NCBI GenBank assembly: GCA_019748335.1
Contig: JAIEPP010000037.1
Coordinates: 1 to 63,685 of the forward strand
Reading direction: 5' to 3'
From: Xanthobacteraceae bacterium
GTDB lineage: Bacteria; Pseudomonadota; Alphaproteobacteria; Rhizobiales; Xanthobacteraceae
Length of the DNA: 63,685 bases
In this document: positions 28,932-39,865 of the stretch, one piece after another
How the letters are laid out: the number at the start of each line of letters is the position of its first letter
Numbering within the stretch: the first letter of the stretch is position 1
Program-made: the position numbers and the translations under genes
The notes under the pieces: generated by a model
The model's database searches: none
Told to the model about the DNA's origin: nothing
Seen by the model: the letters and a program-made list of their open reading frames with translations, nothing else

Positions 28932-28945
28932 TTGCGATGGATCAA
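28932..28945. promoter_or_regulatory. FixK-like box of the usp-phosphorylase operon
   Basis: TTGCGATGGATCAA, 51 bp upstream of the usp ATG. Confidence 0.6.
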
Positions 28946-28995
28946 GTGCGGAAGTCGATGGACGGCTAGATTTTACCCTCAAAGAGGAGAAGCGT

Positions 28996-29835
28996 ATGGC
29001 CATCAAGGACATCCTGTTGACGCTGACGAGTTATCCTGAACCAACCCCGGTCACGGTTACCGAGGATGCGGTCGCGATTGCGTCGGCCCTCGGCGCTCAT
29101 CTCGCCGCCGTCGCCTGCGAAGTGCATGTCCAGATTCCCGGTCATTTCCTTTCCGGTACGATTGCCAATGTCCCCGGCATCATCGCGGGTGAGGCTGAGA
29201 AAAGCAGGATAAACGCCCGGGACATGCTCGCGGCGTTCGGCGCCGCTGCGGAAAAGGCCGGCATTCGGTACGAGACGTTTCTGGAGAAATGCCCGACCTT
29301 CGCCGTGCCCGACCTGCTGGTCGAATATGCCAGGCTGCGCGACCTGACCATCGTGCCCGTGCCCGAGGGCTATGACCAATGGTACGCCGAGGCAGTGATC
29401 TTCGGATCGGGCCGGCCGACGCTTGTCCTGCCGGAAAGCCCGCGCCCGCGCCCGTTCGAACTCGGCACCGTCGTGGTCGCCTGGGACTTCAGCCGCGCCG
29501 CCGCCAGGGCAATATCCGATTCGATTCCGCTGCTGGAGAAGGCCCGGAAGGTACGCGTCGTCACGGTCACCAACGAAAAGGCTCTCGACACCAAGCATTC
29601 TGCCGAGGAGCTGGCCAAGAACCTGGCGCGCCACGGCATCGACGTGGTGCTGGACAGGATCGACGCCAAAGGCAAGGCGATCGGCGAGGTGCTCGAAGCC
29701 TGCGTGGTTTCGCAGCACGCCGACATGCTCGTGATGGGCGCTTATGGACACGCACGCTGGCGCGAGTTCATTCTGGGAGGCGCAACCAAGAGCCTGCTGT
29801 CGAAGCCGCCGCTTCCGATCCTGTTTTCTCACTGA
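28996..29835 (+). CDS. Universal stress protein (tandem)
   Basis: [40 protein letters not shown]. Confidence 0.92.
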   Translation: MAIKDILLTLTSYPEPTPVTVTEDAVAIASALGAHLAAVACEVHVQIPGHFLSGTIANVPGIIAGEAEKSRINARDMLAAFGAAAEKAGIRYETFLEKCPTFAVPDLLVEYARLRDLTIVPVPEGYDQWYAEAVIFGSGRPTLVLPESPRPRPFELGTVVVAWDFSRAAARAISDSIPLLEKARKVRVVTVTNEKALDTKHSAEELAKNLARHGIDVVLDRIDAKGKAIGEVLEACVVSQHADMLVMGAYGHARWREFILGGATKSLLSKPPLPILFSH

Positions 29836-29872
29836 CGGCCGGCTCACGGTCTCGGCGCGCCACGGAATCTTG

Positions 29873-31423
29873 ATGACCGACAACATCAACTCGAATTCCC
29901 GTCCTCAGTTGGAGATACGTCGCGTAAGCCTCGACACGGGGCGCGAAAACGTCGTCGTGATCTCGCGCCATTCGAACGCGTTGCGGCCCGATATTTTTCG
30001 CGGATTCAGCCGGGTCGAGCTCAGGCGCGGCTCTAAAGTCCTGCTCGCAACACTGTTGATCACAGACGAAGACGCCCTGGTGGGCACCGATGAAATCGGA
30101 CTTTCCGAACCCGCGTTCCGGCGTTTTGCCGAGCCGGCGGGCAGCCTCGTGACGGTCAGTCCCGCCGCCTCGCCCGAGAGCCTCGATGCCGTCCGCAACA
30201 AGATCCAGGGCCGCATCTTCAAGCCCGTCGAAATCGAGTCCATCATCAGCGACATCGTCCACTATCGCTATTCCGATATGGAAATCGCCGCGTTTTTGAT
30301 CGGCTCGGCAAGCTTCATGACCAGCGGCGAGCTGCTCGCGCTGGTCGATGCCATGGCGAAAGCCGGAACACGATTGAAATGGCCCGAGCCCATCATCGTC
30401 GACAAGCACTGCATCGGCGGAATTCCGGGCAACCGCACCTCCATGGTCGTCGTCCCGATCGTTGCCGCACACGGCCTCACGATCCCCAAGACGTCCTCGC
30501 GCGCGATTACCTCGCCCGCCGGCACCGCCGACACCATGGAGGTGCTGGCCCGGGTCGATGTCTCCGTCGAGGAAATGAAGCGAGTCGTCGCGGCCTGCCG
30601 CGGTTGCCTGGTTTGGGGCGGGCACGTCAACCTGTCGCCGGCCGACGACATCCTGATCTCGGTCGAACGCCCGCTCAGCCTCGACACCCGCGAGCAGATG
30701 GTGGCCTCGATCATGTCGAAAAAGCTCGCGGCCGGCTCGACCCATCTCCTGATCGATCTGCCGGTCGGCCCCAACGCCAAGCTCGCCAATGCCAATGAAG
30801 CGATGCAGTTGCGCAAGCTGTTCGAATTCGTCGGCGATCACTTCGGCGTAGAAGTAGAGGTGATCACAACCGACGGCCGCCAGCCGATCGGCAACGGCAT
30901 CGGGCCGGTGCTGGAAGCCGACGACGTCATGGCCGTTCTGAGCAATGCCCCCGGCGCCCCGGCGGATCTGCGTGAAAAATCCCTGCGGCTTGCCGCCCAC
31001 CTCCTCGAATATGACCCGCAACTGCGCGGTGGAAGCGGTTATGCCCGCGCCCGTGAACTGCTCGACAGCGGGGCTGCCCTGAAAAAGATGCAGGAGATTA
31101 TCGACGCCCAGGGCCCTTCGGGCTGCCGCAACGACCTCGGCAAACTGACGTTCGACATCCTCGCAGCCGACGACGGCGTGATCGCCGAGATCGATTGTTT
31201 GCAGTTGAACCGACTGGCCAGAACCGCGGGCGCACCGATCGACAAGGGCGCCGGCATCAAACTGCTCCGCAAGATCGGCGACCGCGTCGAAAGAGGCCAG
31301 CCGCTCTATCGAATCCATGCCTATGACCAGTCCGAACTCGACCTCGCCGTTGCCGCCGCCCGGCGTAACAGCGGCTACGCCGTCGATGGTGAGCACTTGC
31401 CGGCTAGCGAGGCCACCCCGTGA
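29873..31423 (+). CDS. AMP/thymidine phosphorylase family protein (long, archaeal-AMPpase-like form)
   Basis: [47 protein letters not shown]; N-terminal extension. Confidence 0.9.
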   Translation: MTDNINSNSRPQLEIRRVSLDTGRENVVVISRHSNALRPDIFRGFSRVELRRGSKVLLATLLITDEDALVGTDEIGLSEPAFRRFAEPAGSLVTVSPAASPESLDAVRNKIQGRIFKPVEIESIISDIVHYRYSDMEIAAFLIGSASFMTSGELLALVDAMAKAGTRLKWPEPIIVDKHCIGGIPGNRTSMVVVPIVAAHGLTIPKTSSRAITSPAGTADTMEVLARVDVSVEEMKRVVAACRGCLVWGGHVNLSPADDILISVERPLSLDTREQMVASIMSKKLAAGSTHLLIDLPVGPNAKLANANEAMQLRKLFEFVGDHFGVEVEVITTDGRQPIGNGIGPVLEADDVMAVLSNAPGAPADLREKSLRLAAHLLEYDPQLRGGSGYARARELLDSGAALKKMQEIIDAQGPSGCRNDLGKLTFDILAADDGVIAEIDCLQLNRLARTAGAPIDKGAGIKLLRKIGDRVERGQPLYRIHAYDQSELDLAVAAARRNSGYAVDGEHLPASEATP

Positions 31424-32331
31424 GTGCGGCGAACGTTCAAGCCCTGCCGACATCCGCGCGCGATGCCGCGAGGCTCGCGCAACGGTTCGGCGTGCCCTGC
31501 CACGAGATCGCCATCCATCCCTTTCCTGACGGGGAAATCCGGGTCACCGCCGGGCGGGCGGCGCCGACCACCATCCTCTACGCTTCGCTCGACCGGCCCA
31601 ACGAGAAACTGATCGCGCTGCTGTTCGCCGCCGAAGCGTTGCGGCGCGGTGGCACGAAGCGAATCGTGCTGCTGGCGCCCTATCTGTGCTACATGCGCCA
31701 GGATACCGCGTTCCACGAGGGCGAGGCGATCAGCCAGAGGGTGATCGGACCGCTGCTGGCAAGATATGTCGATCGCATCATCACCGTCGATGCGCATCTG
31801 CACCGGACGCCTGACATCAAGACGGTGTTTCCAGGCATCGTCTCCGACAACCTCTCGGCCATGCCGGCTATCGCGGATGCGCTGCGTCGTGCCGGACTCG
31901 ATCCTGCAACCATCGTGGTCGGGCCCGACGCAGAATCGCTGCCCTGGGTCAGCGACCTCGCCGGACGGCTCGGGCTTGCACACGCCGTCGCGCAGAAGGT
32001 TCGACGCGGTGACCGTGCCGTGGAGATCGAATTTCCGGAACCGGCACGCCTGGCCGGTCGCCCCGCTCTGATCGTCGATGATATCGTCTCGTCCGGCGGC
32101 ACCATCATCGCCTGCGCCAGGGCGCTTGCCGTTGCCGGTGCAACCACGGTCGATGCCGTGGTGACGCACGCTTTGTTTCCGGAAGACCTTTGCCGCGACA
32201 TGGCCGCAGCCGGCATTCGCTCGATCCGCTCGACCCATAGCGTGCCGCACTCGACCAATGCCATTGTGCTCGACGATCTGTTCGCCGATGCCTTGAAGGG
32301 CGAATTGAATCACATGGAGAATTCCAGATGA
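31420..32331 (+). CDS. prs: Ribose-phosphate pyrophosphokinase family protein
   Basis: [38 protein letters not shown]. Confidence 0.88.
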   Translation: MSAANVQALPTSARDAARLAQRFGVPCHEIAIHPFPDGEIRVTAGRAAPTTILYASLDRPNEKLIALLFAAEALRRGGTKRIVLLAPYLCYMRQDTAFHEGEAISQRVIGPLLARYVDRIITVDAHLHRTPDIKTVFPGIVSDNLSAMPAIADALRRAGLDPATIVVGPDAESLPWVSDLAGRLGLAHAVAQKVRRGDRAVEIEFPEPARLAGRPALIVDDIVSSGGTIIACARALAVAGATTVDAVVTHALFPEDLCRDMAAAGIRSIRSTHSVPHSTNAIVLDDLFADALKGELNHMENSR

Positions 32332-33920
32332 GCGTAACCCTGCGGTTTTGCGGCGCGGCGCGCACGGTGACCGGCTCCTGCTATCTATTTGAAACCCGCT
32401 CCGGGAGATTCCTGGTCGACTGCGGCCTGTTTCAGGGACAGAAGACCCTGAAGGAGCTGAACTACGGAACGTTTCCGTTTCGCCCCGCCGACGTCGATGC
32501 CGTGCTGCTCACCCACGCCCATATCGATCACAGCGGCCTGCTGCCCAAACTCGTGCGCGGCGGCTTTACCGGCCGTATTCTGGCAACGCGCGGCACCATC
32601 GACCTCTGCTCCTGGATGTTGCCGGATGCCGGCAACATCCAGGAGTCGGAGGTCGCCGCGCTCAATCGGCGCAATGCCGCGCGCGGACGCGCCGAAGTGA
32701 CCGCCATCTATACCCAGGCCGACGCGATCGCCACGCTGGAGTCGTTCAGCCCGGTCGACTACGAAAAATGGGTCGACGTCATCGAGGGCGTCCGCGCCCG
32801 TTACTGGAATGCTGGACATTTGCTCGGCTCCGCCTCGATCGAGATCGAAATCGCGGATGAAGGCGGCTCGGGAAAACCGCTGCGGCTTCTCGCATCCGGC
32901 GATATCGGCCCCGACGCCAAGCTGCTGCAGCCCGATCCCGACGCGCCCACCGGGTTCGACTATGTCATCTCGGAATCGACCTATGGCGACAGGACGCGGC
33001 CGCCGATCACGCCGGAGGCGCGACGCAGCCGTCTCGCCGCGGAAGTGCGCGACGCCGCGGCCCGCAAGGGCGCGCTGCTTATTCCGGCCTTTGCGGTCGA
33101 ACGCACCCAGGAACTGATCGTCGACCTGGTCGACCTGATGGAACGCCACGAGATACCGGACGCTCCGATTTTTCTCGACTCGCCGCTCGCCATCCACGCC
33201 ACCGAAGTGTTTCGCCAACATGCATCGAGCCTGGATCCCGCGATCGATGTCGGCCGGTTGCTCAACTCACCGAGGTTGCGGTTCACCGAGACCGTCGAGG
33301 AGAGCAAACGGATCGCGCGGCTGACCGGCTTCCACATCGTCATCGCGGCCAGCGGCATGTGCGACGCCGGACGTATCCGGCATCACCTGAGGAACTGGCT
33401 TTGGAACGCAAGGGCCACCGTGCTTCTGGTCGGTTTTCAGGCCCAGGGAACGCTGGGCCGCTTTCTCGCCGACGGCGCGAAAGCGGTTCGGATCCAGGGC
33501 AACGAAATCAAGGTCGCGGCACAAATCCGCAGCATCGACGACTATTCCGGACATGCCGACGGATCGGAACTGGCACGATGGATCGCCGCGCGGCGTCCAA
33601 TCGAACGCGGCCTGTTCCTGGTCCACGGCGAGGAGGCTGCCATCGCGGGCCTCGCCGAACGCGTATCAGAGCGGATCATCCCCGCGGCCCGCGTTTTTCA
33701 GCCACTGCTGGATGACATCTACGATTTGTCGGCCACCGTGCCGACGCCGCTGGATGGGGCCCATCGCCGGCGGCTGACGCCCGAGGCCGTGGTCAGGCTC
33801 GACTGGCACAACGACATGTCCAGACTCATCCTCGACATCAACGATCGGATCGAGGCCGCCGCCGACGATCGCGCGCGCGGCGTCATTATCCGCCGGTTGC
33901 GGCGCGCGCTGGATGACTGA
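32328..33920 (+). CDS. MBL-fold beta-CASP ribonuclease
   Basis: THAHIDHSG, AGHLLGS, SGDIG, ESTYGDR, ASGMC, YSGHAD, LVHGE. Confidence 0.92.
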   Translation: MSVTLRFCGAARTVTGSCYLFETRSGRFLVDCGLFQGQKTLKELNYGTFPFRPADVDAVLLTHAHIDHSGLLPKLVRGGFTGRILATRGTIDLCSWMLPDAGNIQESEVAALNRRNAARGRAEVTAIYTQADAIATLESFSPVDYEKWVDVIEGVRARYWNAGHLLGSASIEIEIADEGGSGKPLRLLASGDIGPDAKLLQPDPDAPTGFDYVISESTYGDRTRPPITPEARRSRLAAEVRDAAARKGALLIPAFAVERTQELIVDLVDLMERHEIPDAPIFLDSPLAIHATEVFRQHASSLDPAIDVGRLLNSPRLRFTETVEESKRIARLTGFHIVIAASGMCDAGRIRHHLRNWLWNARATVLLVGFQAQGTLGRFLADGAKAVRIQGNEIKVAAQIRSIDDYSGHADGSELARWIAARRPIERGLFLVHGEEAAIAGLAERVSERIIPAARVFQPLLDDIYDLSATVPTPLDGAHRRRLTPEAVVRLDWHNDMSRLILDINDRIEAAADDRARGVIIRRLRRALDD

Positions 33921-33993
33921 GAACGCGGCGATCTGGCCCAGAGCACGATGAGATCAGGCTGGGTCGCGACGTCGCGCCTTTTTCGCGTGCCAT

Positions 33994-34030
33994 TCTACTT
34001 TGCATGGGGTTGTTTTCGCGATTTTGGGTT
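33994..34030. repeat. Bradyrhizobium-type short intergenic repeat
   Basis: TCTACTTTGCATGGGGTTGTTTTCGCGATTTT between convergent genes; recognised from memory, single copy in this window. Confidence 0.55.
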
Positions 34031-34106
34031 TGAGCCCCTTCCACGGTATCCGGATCTGCCGTGCTGGCGCCGGCGGCGGACCGAATCAACTCCAACCCAT
34101 ACTGCT

Positions 34107-36800
34107 TCAGAGCGTTAGCCTGACGTCGCAGATATCGTGTTCGACCGGATCCGGCTTTACCTCGAACCCGAGGCTCCTGCACATACCGAGCATGACGGTG
34201 TTGTCGGTCAGGACGTCGCCCGAGATGGTCTTCAGCCCCTCCGACCGCGCATATTCGATGATCATCTGCATCAGGGCCCAGCCAAGCCCCCTGCCCTTGA
34301 GCTCGGATCGCAGCAGGATCGCATATTCGCCGCTCTCATAGATCGAGTCCGAATGAATCCGGACCACGCCGACCAATTCGTTGGTGGCCTCGTCGAACGC
34401 GACAAAGGCCATGGCGCGGGCGTAATCGAGCTGGGTCAAGCGCGCGATGAATTCGTGGGAGAAGTGCTTCATCGGCGCGAAAAACCGCAGCCGCAGGTCC
34501 TGCAGGGTGACATGCCGCAGCATCTCGTGGATCAGCGGCTCATCCTCAGGCCGGATCGGGCGGACGAACACCCGCCAGCCGTCCTTGATTTCGATGTGAC
34601 GCTGCCATTGCGAGGGATAGGGCCGCACCGCGAAATTCGCCGGGCCCGATCCGCTGAATTTCCGCTTCGTACGCCCGACCGCGATGCGCGCATCGACCGC
34701 CAGCACGCCGCTCTCGTCAGCCAGCAGCGGATAGATGTCGAGTTCGCGGATTTCGGGAATATCCGCCGCCATCTGCGCCAGCTTGACCAGAACCAGTGCG
34801 ACGGCGTCCTGCTTCACCGCAGGCACGTCGCGATAGGCGCGCAACAGGCGTGAAACGCGGGTACGCTCGATCAGGCTGTTCGCCAGTTGCAAGTCGAGCG
34901 GCGGCAGCGCCAATGCCTTGTCGTTGATGATTTCGACCGCGGTGCCGCCGCGGCCGAACACGACGACAGTACCGAAGGTCGGATCGTCGGCGAGACCGAG
35001 GATCAGTTCGCGCGCCTTCGGCCGCACCACCATCGCCTGCACGATGACCCCGGCAATTCGCGCTTCCGGGCGCAGCGCCCTGGCCCGGGCGAGAATATCG
35101 GCAGTCGCCGCGCGCACCGCATCGGCGCTGGTCAGATTGAGCACGACGCCACCGACGTCGGATTTGTGAACGATGTCGCGCGACATGATCTTGAGCACGA
35201 CGGTGTCGCCATGCGCCAGGATCTCCGAGGCGTGGGCAACGGCCTGTTCGGCATCGGCGGCCGCGAAAGTCGCCACCATCGGGATCTCATACGCGGCAAG
35301 TAACTGCTTGATCTCGACCGGATCGAGCCACTGCCGGCCGTCGGCCAGCGCCGCGGCGACAATGTTCCGGGCGACCTCGGTATCCGGTTCGAATTCGCTG
35401 GGCATGGCGGGCGGGACCTGCGCCAGCGCCTGCACCAGTTCGCGGTGCCGCACCAGATGCATGAAACCGCGCACCGCGTCGTCTTCGGTGGGATAATTTG
35501 GAATTCCGGCGCCGCTCAGGCGATCGCCAATCGCTTGATCCGCGCCGACCCAGGCCGCCAGCACCGGTTTGGGAGACATGCGATGTTCCGCGCGATACTT
35601 CTGCACCACATCGGTCACGGTATCGGCGATCACGTCGGCGCGCGCGATCGCGGTCTGGACGTTCATCACCAGGATCGCATCATTGCCGGGATCGGCCAGC
35701 AGCGCCTCCAGCGCCGCCGCATAACGCGCGGCGTCGGCGTCGCCGACGATATCGACCGGGTTTGCATGCGACCATGTCGGCGGCAGTACCGCATCCAGCC
35801 GGGTTCTGGCCGGGTCCGAAATGGCGGCGGGAATTCCACCCAGCTCAACCAGCCGGTCGATCGCCAGCACGCCGATGCCGCCACCGTTGGTGAGGATCGC
35901 GAGCCGCTTGCCCGGCGGCGATTTGACCCGTCCCAGCGTCTCGGCGCAGTCGAACAATTCGCGCAGATCCGCCACCCGCAAGATGCCGGCGCGCTGGAAT
36001 GCGGCGTCGTAGACCGCATCCGATCCGGCCAACGCACCGGTATGCGTCGCGGCGGCCCTGGCGCCTTGCGCCATGCGGCCGGATTTGACGACGACCACCG
36101 GCTTGATCCTGGCGGCGGCGCGCGCGGCCGACATGAATTTGTGGGCGTCCTTGATCGCTTCGATATAGAGGAGGATCGCCTGCGTCTTTTCATCCAGCGC
36201 GAAGTAGTCGAGCAGGTCGGCGAGATCGACGTCGAGTTGATCGCCGATCGACACGATTCCGGAAAAGCCGACCGCGCGCTGAGCCGCCCAGTCCACCATG
36301 CCGGTGGCAATGGCGCCCGACTGCGAGATCAGCGCCAGATTTCCCTTGCCGGGCGTATGCGCCGAAAAGCTCGCATTGAGATTGACGCAGGGCATGATGA
36401 TACCCAGGCAATTCGGGCCGATCAGCCGCATTCCGTATTTCTGCGCCGCGCGTTCGGCATTGTCCGAAAGCGAACCCGGACCATGGCCGAGCCCGGAGCT
36501 GACAATGATCGCGCCAGCTGCACCGCAACGGCCGGCCTCGTCGATCAGGCCGGGGATCGATTTTGCCGGCGCGGTGATGACGACCAGTTCCGGAACAAAG
36601 GCCAGTTGGCCGAGGCTATCGACCGCGGCGATACCATCGATCTCGGGATAGCGCGGATTCACCAGGCCGAATTCGCCCTTGAACTCGGCTTTACGGATAT
36701 TGCCGAGGATGGCACGGCCGACGGAGCCTTGGCGGGGACTGGCCCCGACGAGCGCGACCGAGCGAGGCGAAAGCAGGCATTTCAGGCGATAAGTCGACAT
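34107..36800 (-). CDS. pat: Protein lysine acetyltransferase (acyl-CoA synthetase-like domain + GNAT)
   Basis: GPNCLG, ISQSGA, ATHTGALAG, HKSDVGGV; C-terminal GNAT with RPIRPEDE, RLRFF, KGRGLG. Confidence 0.88.
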   Translation of the reverse strand: MSTYRLKCLLSPRSVALVGASPRQGSVGRAILGNIRKAEFKGEFGLVNPRYPEIDGIAAVDSLGQLAFVPELVVITAPAKSIPGLIDEAGRCGAAGAIIVSSGLGHGPGSLSDNAERAAQKYGMRLIGPNCLGIIMPCVNLNASFSAHTPGKGNLALISQSGAIATGMVDWAAQRAVGFSGIVSIGDQLDVDLADLLDYFALDEKTQAILLYIEAIKDAHKFMSAARAAARIKPVVVVKSGRMAQGARAAATHTGALAGSDAVYDAAFQRAGILRVADLRELFDCAETLGRVKSPPGKRLAILTNGGGIGVLAIDRLVELGGIPAAISDPARTRLDAVLPPTWSHANPVDIVGDADAARYAAALEALLADPGNDAILVMNVQTAIARADVIADTVTDVVQKYRAEHRMSPKPVLAAWVGADQAIGDRLSGAGIPNYPTEDDAVRGFMHLVRHRELVQALAQVPPAMPSEFEPDTEVARNIVAAALADGRQWLDPVEIKQLLAAYEIPMVATFAAADAEQAVAHASEILAHGDTVVLKIMSRDIVHKSDVGGVVLNLTSADAVRAATADILARARALRPEARIAGVIVQAMVVRPKARELILGLADDPTFGTVVVFGRGGTAVEIINDKALALPPLDLQLANSLIERTRVSRLLRAYRDVPAVKQDAVALVLVKLAQMAADIPEIRELDIYPLLADESGVLAVDARIAVGRTKRKFSGSGPANFAVRPYPSQWQRHIEIKDGWRVFVRPIRPEDEPLIHEMLRHVTLQDLRLRFFAPMKHFSHEFIARLTQLDYARAMAFVAFDEATNELVGVVRIHSDSIYESGEYAILLRSELKGRGLGWALMQMIIEYARSEGLKTISGDVLTDNTVMLGMCRSLGFEVKPDPVEHDICDVRLTL

Positions 36801-37050
36801 CGGTCTATATTATCCGGCCACTGCGGCCATTTGTGAACCCGGACGCGACTGCACGCAACGGCTCCATGGAACGGGATGCCCGCCCCTCGGATCGCCTTCC
36901 CGTTCGATCTTGTTGTTGGAGCACGGATTTAGTCGAGGACCGCCGCCCGTCTCACCGGATCGTATCGTATGCCATCATGTAGCCCGGCACGATCTCGGCC
37001 AGATGACGAATCTGGCCGCATCATTCCTATCTTCTCCAACCAGCTCATTT

Positions 37051-37064
37051 TTGAGACAGATCAA
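37051..37064. promoter_or_regulatory. FixK box
   Basis: TTGAGACAGATCAA. Confidence 0.75.
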
Positions 37065-37127
37065 GGTCCGCTTCGTTGTCGCATGCGATATTTGTGCAAG
37101 GTTCATCCACATCCGAGGGAGAGTGCC

Positions 37128-37334
37128 ATGCCGGTCAATGTCGGAACAATCGATCAGTATGTGCGAATCGTGGTGGGACTAGCATTGATTGCCTATGCGC
37201 TTCAGAACGGGCTTTCAATTCAGGGCTGGCACTGGGCCGGCCTGATCGGTTTCGTGCCGCTGGCGACCGCCTTCTTCAAGACCTGCCCGATCTACACCGT
37301 GCTCGGCATCTCAACCTGCACCGTCCGTCAATAG
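37128..37334 (+). CDS. DUF2892/YgaP-like membrane protein
   Basis: MPVNVGTIDQYVRIVVG...CPIYTVLGISTC. Confidence 0.88.
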   Translation: MPVNVGTIDQYVRIVVGLALIAYALQNGLSIQGWHWAGLIGFVPLATAFFKTCPIYTVLGISTCTVRQ

Positions 37335-37369
37335 ATCAGCGATCTCTGAGAAGCCAAGATCCTGCCTAA

Positions 37370-37393
37370 GATCTTGCCGGAGACGGCAAGATC
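37370..37393. terminator. Hairpin between convergent genes
   Basis: GATCTTGCCG-GAGA-CGGCAAGATC, a perfect 10-bp stem with no U-tract. Confidence 0.5.
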
Positions 37394-37405
37394 GCTGACG
37401 CAAAA

Positions 37406-39244
37406 TCACTGACGAACGTAGTCCCCTGGCGCATCGGGTAGATCTTGATCGCCTGCGACCATTACCCCCATCCGCGGCGGCTCGGACGGTTCACCGGATC
37501 GCGCAGTCAGCCATTTCGCCCAAGCCTGCCACCACGATCCTTCGACCAGCGGTGCGGTCTTCAGCCAATCGTCCGGCCCGTTATAGGTGTCGTGTGCTGC
37601 CTTGGTTCTGACTCGATAGCTGTGGCCCGGCTCGCCGGGGGGCGCCACGATCCCGGCATTGTGACCGCCGCTGGCGAGCAGGAAGGTCACGTCGGCGTCG
37701 GCCTGATAGTTGATCTTGTAGACCGACTTCCACGGCGCGACATGGTCGCGAAGGGTGCCGACCACGAACATCGGCATGTGAATATCCGACAGCGAGATCG
37801 GCCGGCCCGCGACGAGGTAACGGCCCTCGGCGAGGTCGTTGTTGAGAAACAACTTGCGCAGATATTCCGAATGCATCCGGTACGGCAGACGGGTGGCATC
37901 GGCGTTCCACGCCATCAGATCGTTCGGCGGCGCCCGTTCTCCCAGCAGATAGTCGCGGGTCATCCGCGACCAGATCAGATCGTTGGAGCGCAGCAACTGG
38001 AAGGCACCCGCCATCTGCGTGGTATCGAGGACGCCGTGCTCCCACATCATGTCTTCGAGGAAGGCGACCTGGCTTTCATTGATGAACAACGTCAGTTCGC
38101 CGGCCTCGGTGAAATCCGTCTGCGCGGCCAGCAACGTCACCGACTTCAGGCGCGTGTCGCCGTCGCGCGCCATGGCGGCGGCTGAAATCGACAACAGGGT
38201 ACCGCCGAGGCAATAGCCGAGCGCATGAACCTGACAGCCGGGCACGATATTGCCGATCGTATCGAGCGCGGCTTCGACGCCGAGCGTGCGGTAATCGTCG
38301 AAGGCGACGTTACGGTCGGCTGCACCCGGATTGCGCCACGAGATCATGAAAACGGTAAAGCCCTGGCCTGTGAGATATTTCACGAGCGAGTTCTGCGCCG
38401 ACAGATCGAGGATATAGTATTTCATGATCCAGGCCGGCACGATCAGGACCGGCTCGGGACGAACCGCGTCGGTGGTCGGATAATACTGGATCAGTTCGAT
38501 CAGATCGTTGCGGAACACGACTTTGCCGCGCGATGCCGCCACGGTCTCGCCGACGACGAAATCGCCGGACTTGACCGGCTCCTTGCCCGCCGACAGCAAC
38601 CGCATCCAATCGTTGCAAAAATTTTGCCAGCCCGCGATGAAATTCTGGCCGCCCGTCTGCAGCGTCTTTTGCAGCACTTCCGGATTGGTCGCGGCAAAGT
38701 TCGAAGGCGACAGCATGTCCAGCATCTGCCGCACCGAAAACTCGACAATCGCCTCGTTTTGCTTCGAAACCCCGCGCACGCCCGTAGTGGCGTTGTGCCA
38801 CCATTGCTCGCCGACCAGAAACGCCTGTGCCATCAGATTGAACGGCGGCGCTTCCCACTCCGGCCGGGCGAAGCGCCGGTCCTGCGGCTGCGGCTTGATC
38901 AGGGACCAGGGTTCCAGCCCGGGCGTGAAGACATGCTTCCCGGCCTCAGCCAGCCGCTTCGCCTCGACCAGCGCGCCTTGCGAAATCTCGATCTGCCGCT
39001 GCGGCGAGGACGCCAGATGCGACAGCCAGTCGGTATAGGCGAGCAGCAGCGCTACCGGCGAAATACCGCCGCTCAAATGCGCCAGCATCGCGTGAAACGC
39101 GCGGTCAGCTTGATACGTCTCGGTGTCGGGCTCCGGCGCGACCGGTTGCGTGACCGGCGCGGGACCGGCGGCCTGGCCTCGAACAGGCGCGCGAAAGGGC
39201 ACGACAGTAACATCCGCTGCCGGCAGGGACGATTTCGATGGCAT
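37406..39244 (-). CDS. phaC: Polyhydroxyalkanoate synthase (PhaC2-type)
   Basis: PAWIMKYYILDL, lipase box GYCLGG, DHVAPW, GGHNAG, GSWW. Confidence 0.93.
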   Translation of the reverse strand: MPSKSSLPAADVTVVPFRAPVRGQAAGPAPVTQPVAPEPDTETYQADRAFHAMLAHLSGGISPVALLLAYTDWLSHLASSPQRQIEISQGALVEAKRLAEAGKHVFTPGLEPWSLIKPQPQDRRFARPEWEAPPFNLMAQAFLVGEQWWHNATTGVRGVSKQNEAIVEFSVRQMLDMLSPSNFAATNPEVLQKTLQTGGQNFIAGWQNFCNDWMRLLSAGKEPVKSGDFVVGETVAASRGKVVFRNDLIELIQYYPTTDAVRPEPVLIVPAWIMKYYILDLSAQNSLVKYLTGQGFTVFMISWRNPGAADRNVAFDDYRTLGVEAALDTIGNIVPGCQVHALGYCLGGTLLSISAAAMARDGDTRLKSVTLLAAQTDFTEAGELTLFINESQVAFLEDMMWEHGVLDTTQMAGAFQLLRSNDLIWSRMTRDYLLGERAPPNDLMAWNADATRLPYRMHSEYLRKLFLNNDLAEGRYLVAGRPISLSDIHMPMFVVGTLRDHVAPWKSVYKINYQADADVTFLLASGGHNAGIVAPPGEPGHSYRVRTKAAHDTYNGPDDWLKTAPLVEGSWWQAWAKWLTARSGEPSEPPRMGVMVAGDQDLPDAPGDYVRQ

Positions 39245-39288
39245 GTTTTTCTTCACTCTTGTGGTCGCCTGACCGAAGCCCGGGCCGA

Positions 39289-39654
39289 TCAGCCCACGTG
39301 GCCACTGATCAAGCGGGAGGTCGTCGCGATCATCCGTTCGCCGTGCTTGAAGATCCGTTCGGAATCGCGATGGAGAAAATCGAGCTGGTGCTGGCCGCAT
39401 TCCTGGCACATCGTCTTGACGTCCTTGACGGAATGCGCCCCCGCCATCTTTGCGAAAAACTCGGTGAGGAGGTGCATTTCGCTTCGCGTTCGCTCCAGCA
39501 TCTCCTCGCTGAAGAACACGCATTCGTCGAACATCAATTTTTGCGCGCCCATCATGAATTCCAGAGCGTTCTGGTTCAATTTGGAGGCTTCCGCTTCCAC
39601 CAGCACGGCCGGTTGTGAGTAACCGGAAGCAACCTGTTCAGATAGTTCTGTCAT
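39289..39654 (-). CDS. Phasin-like protein
   Basis: Amphipathic 121-aa protein directly upstream of phaC (AHSVKDV...QLDFL). Confidence 0.6.
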   Translation of the reverse strand: MTELSEQVASGYSQPAVLVEAEASKLNQNALEFMMGAQKLMFDECVFFSEEMLERTRSEMHLLTEFFAKMAGAHSVKDVKTMCQECGQHQLDFLHRDSERIFKHGERMIATTSRLISGHVG

Positions 39655-39724
39655 GACAATCTCCGATTTCCAGCTCTGATTTCCAAGTTTCAGGCAAGGG
39701 TATCGGTTAGCCCCCGGCGGGACA

Positions 39725-39807
39725 TTGAGGTGTATCAAACAGACCGGCCGACCCGAGCGGCCGATCCGCTCCCCACGGGAGCCGTTCTGCGGCTTGAGGC
39801 ACATCAA
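39725..39807. promoter_or_regulatory. Two back-to-back FixK boxes
   Basis: TTGAGGTGTATCAA 39725-39738 and TTGAGGCACATCAA 39794-39807. Confidence 0.8.
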
Positions 39808-39865
39808 CGGCGCCGGTGGCGTTCCGCGGCAAATACCGACGCTGTCCACTCCCGGAGACCGAACT

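Noticed and set aside
36805-37050. Possible small ORF or leader RNA upstream of pat
   Set aside because: Short frames exist but lack a convincing ribosome-binding site, composition or structure.
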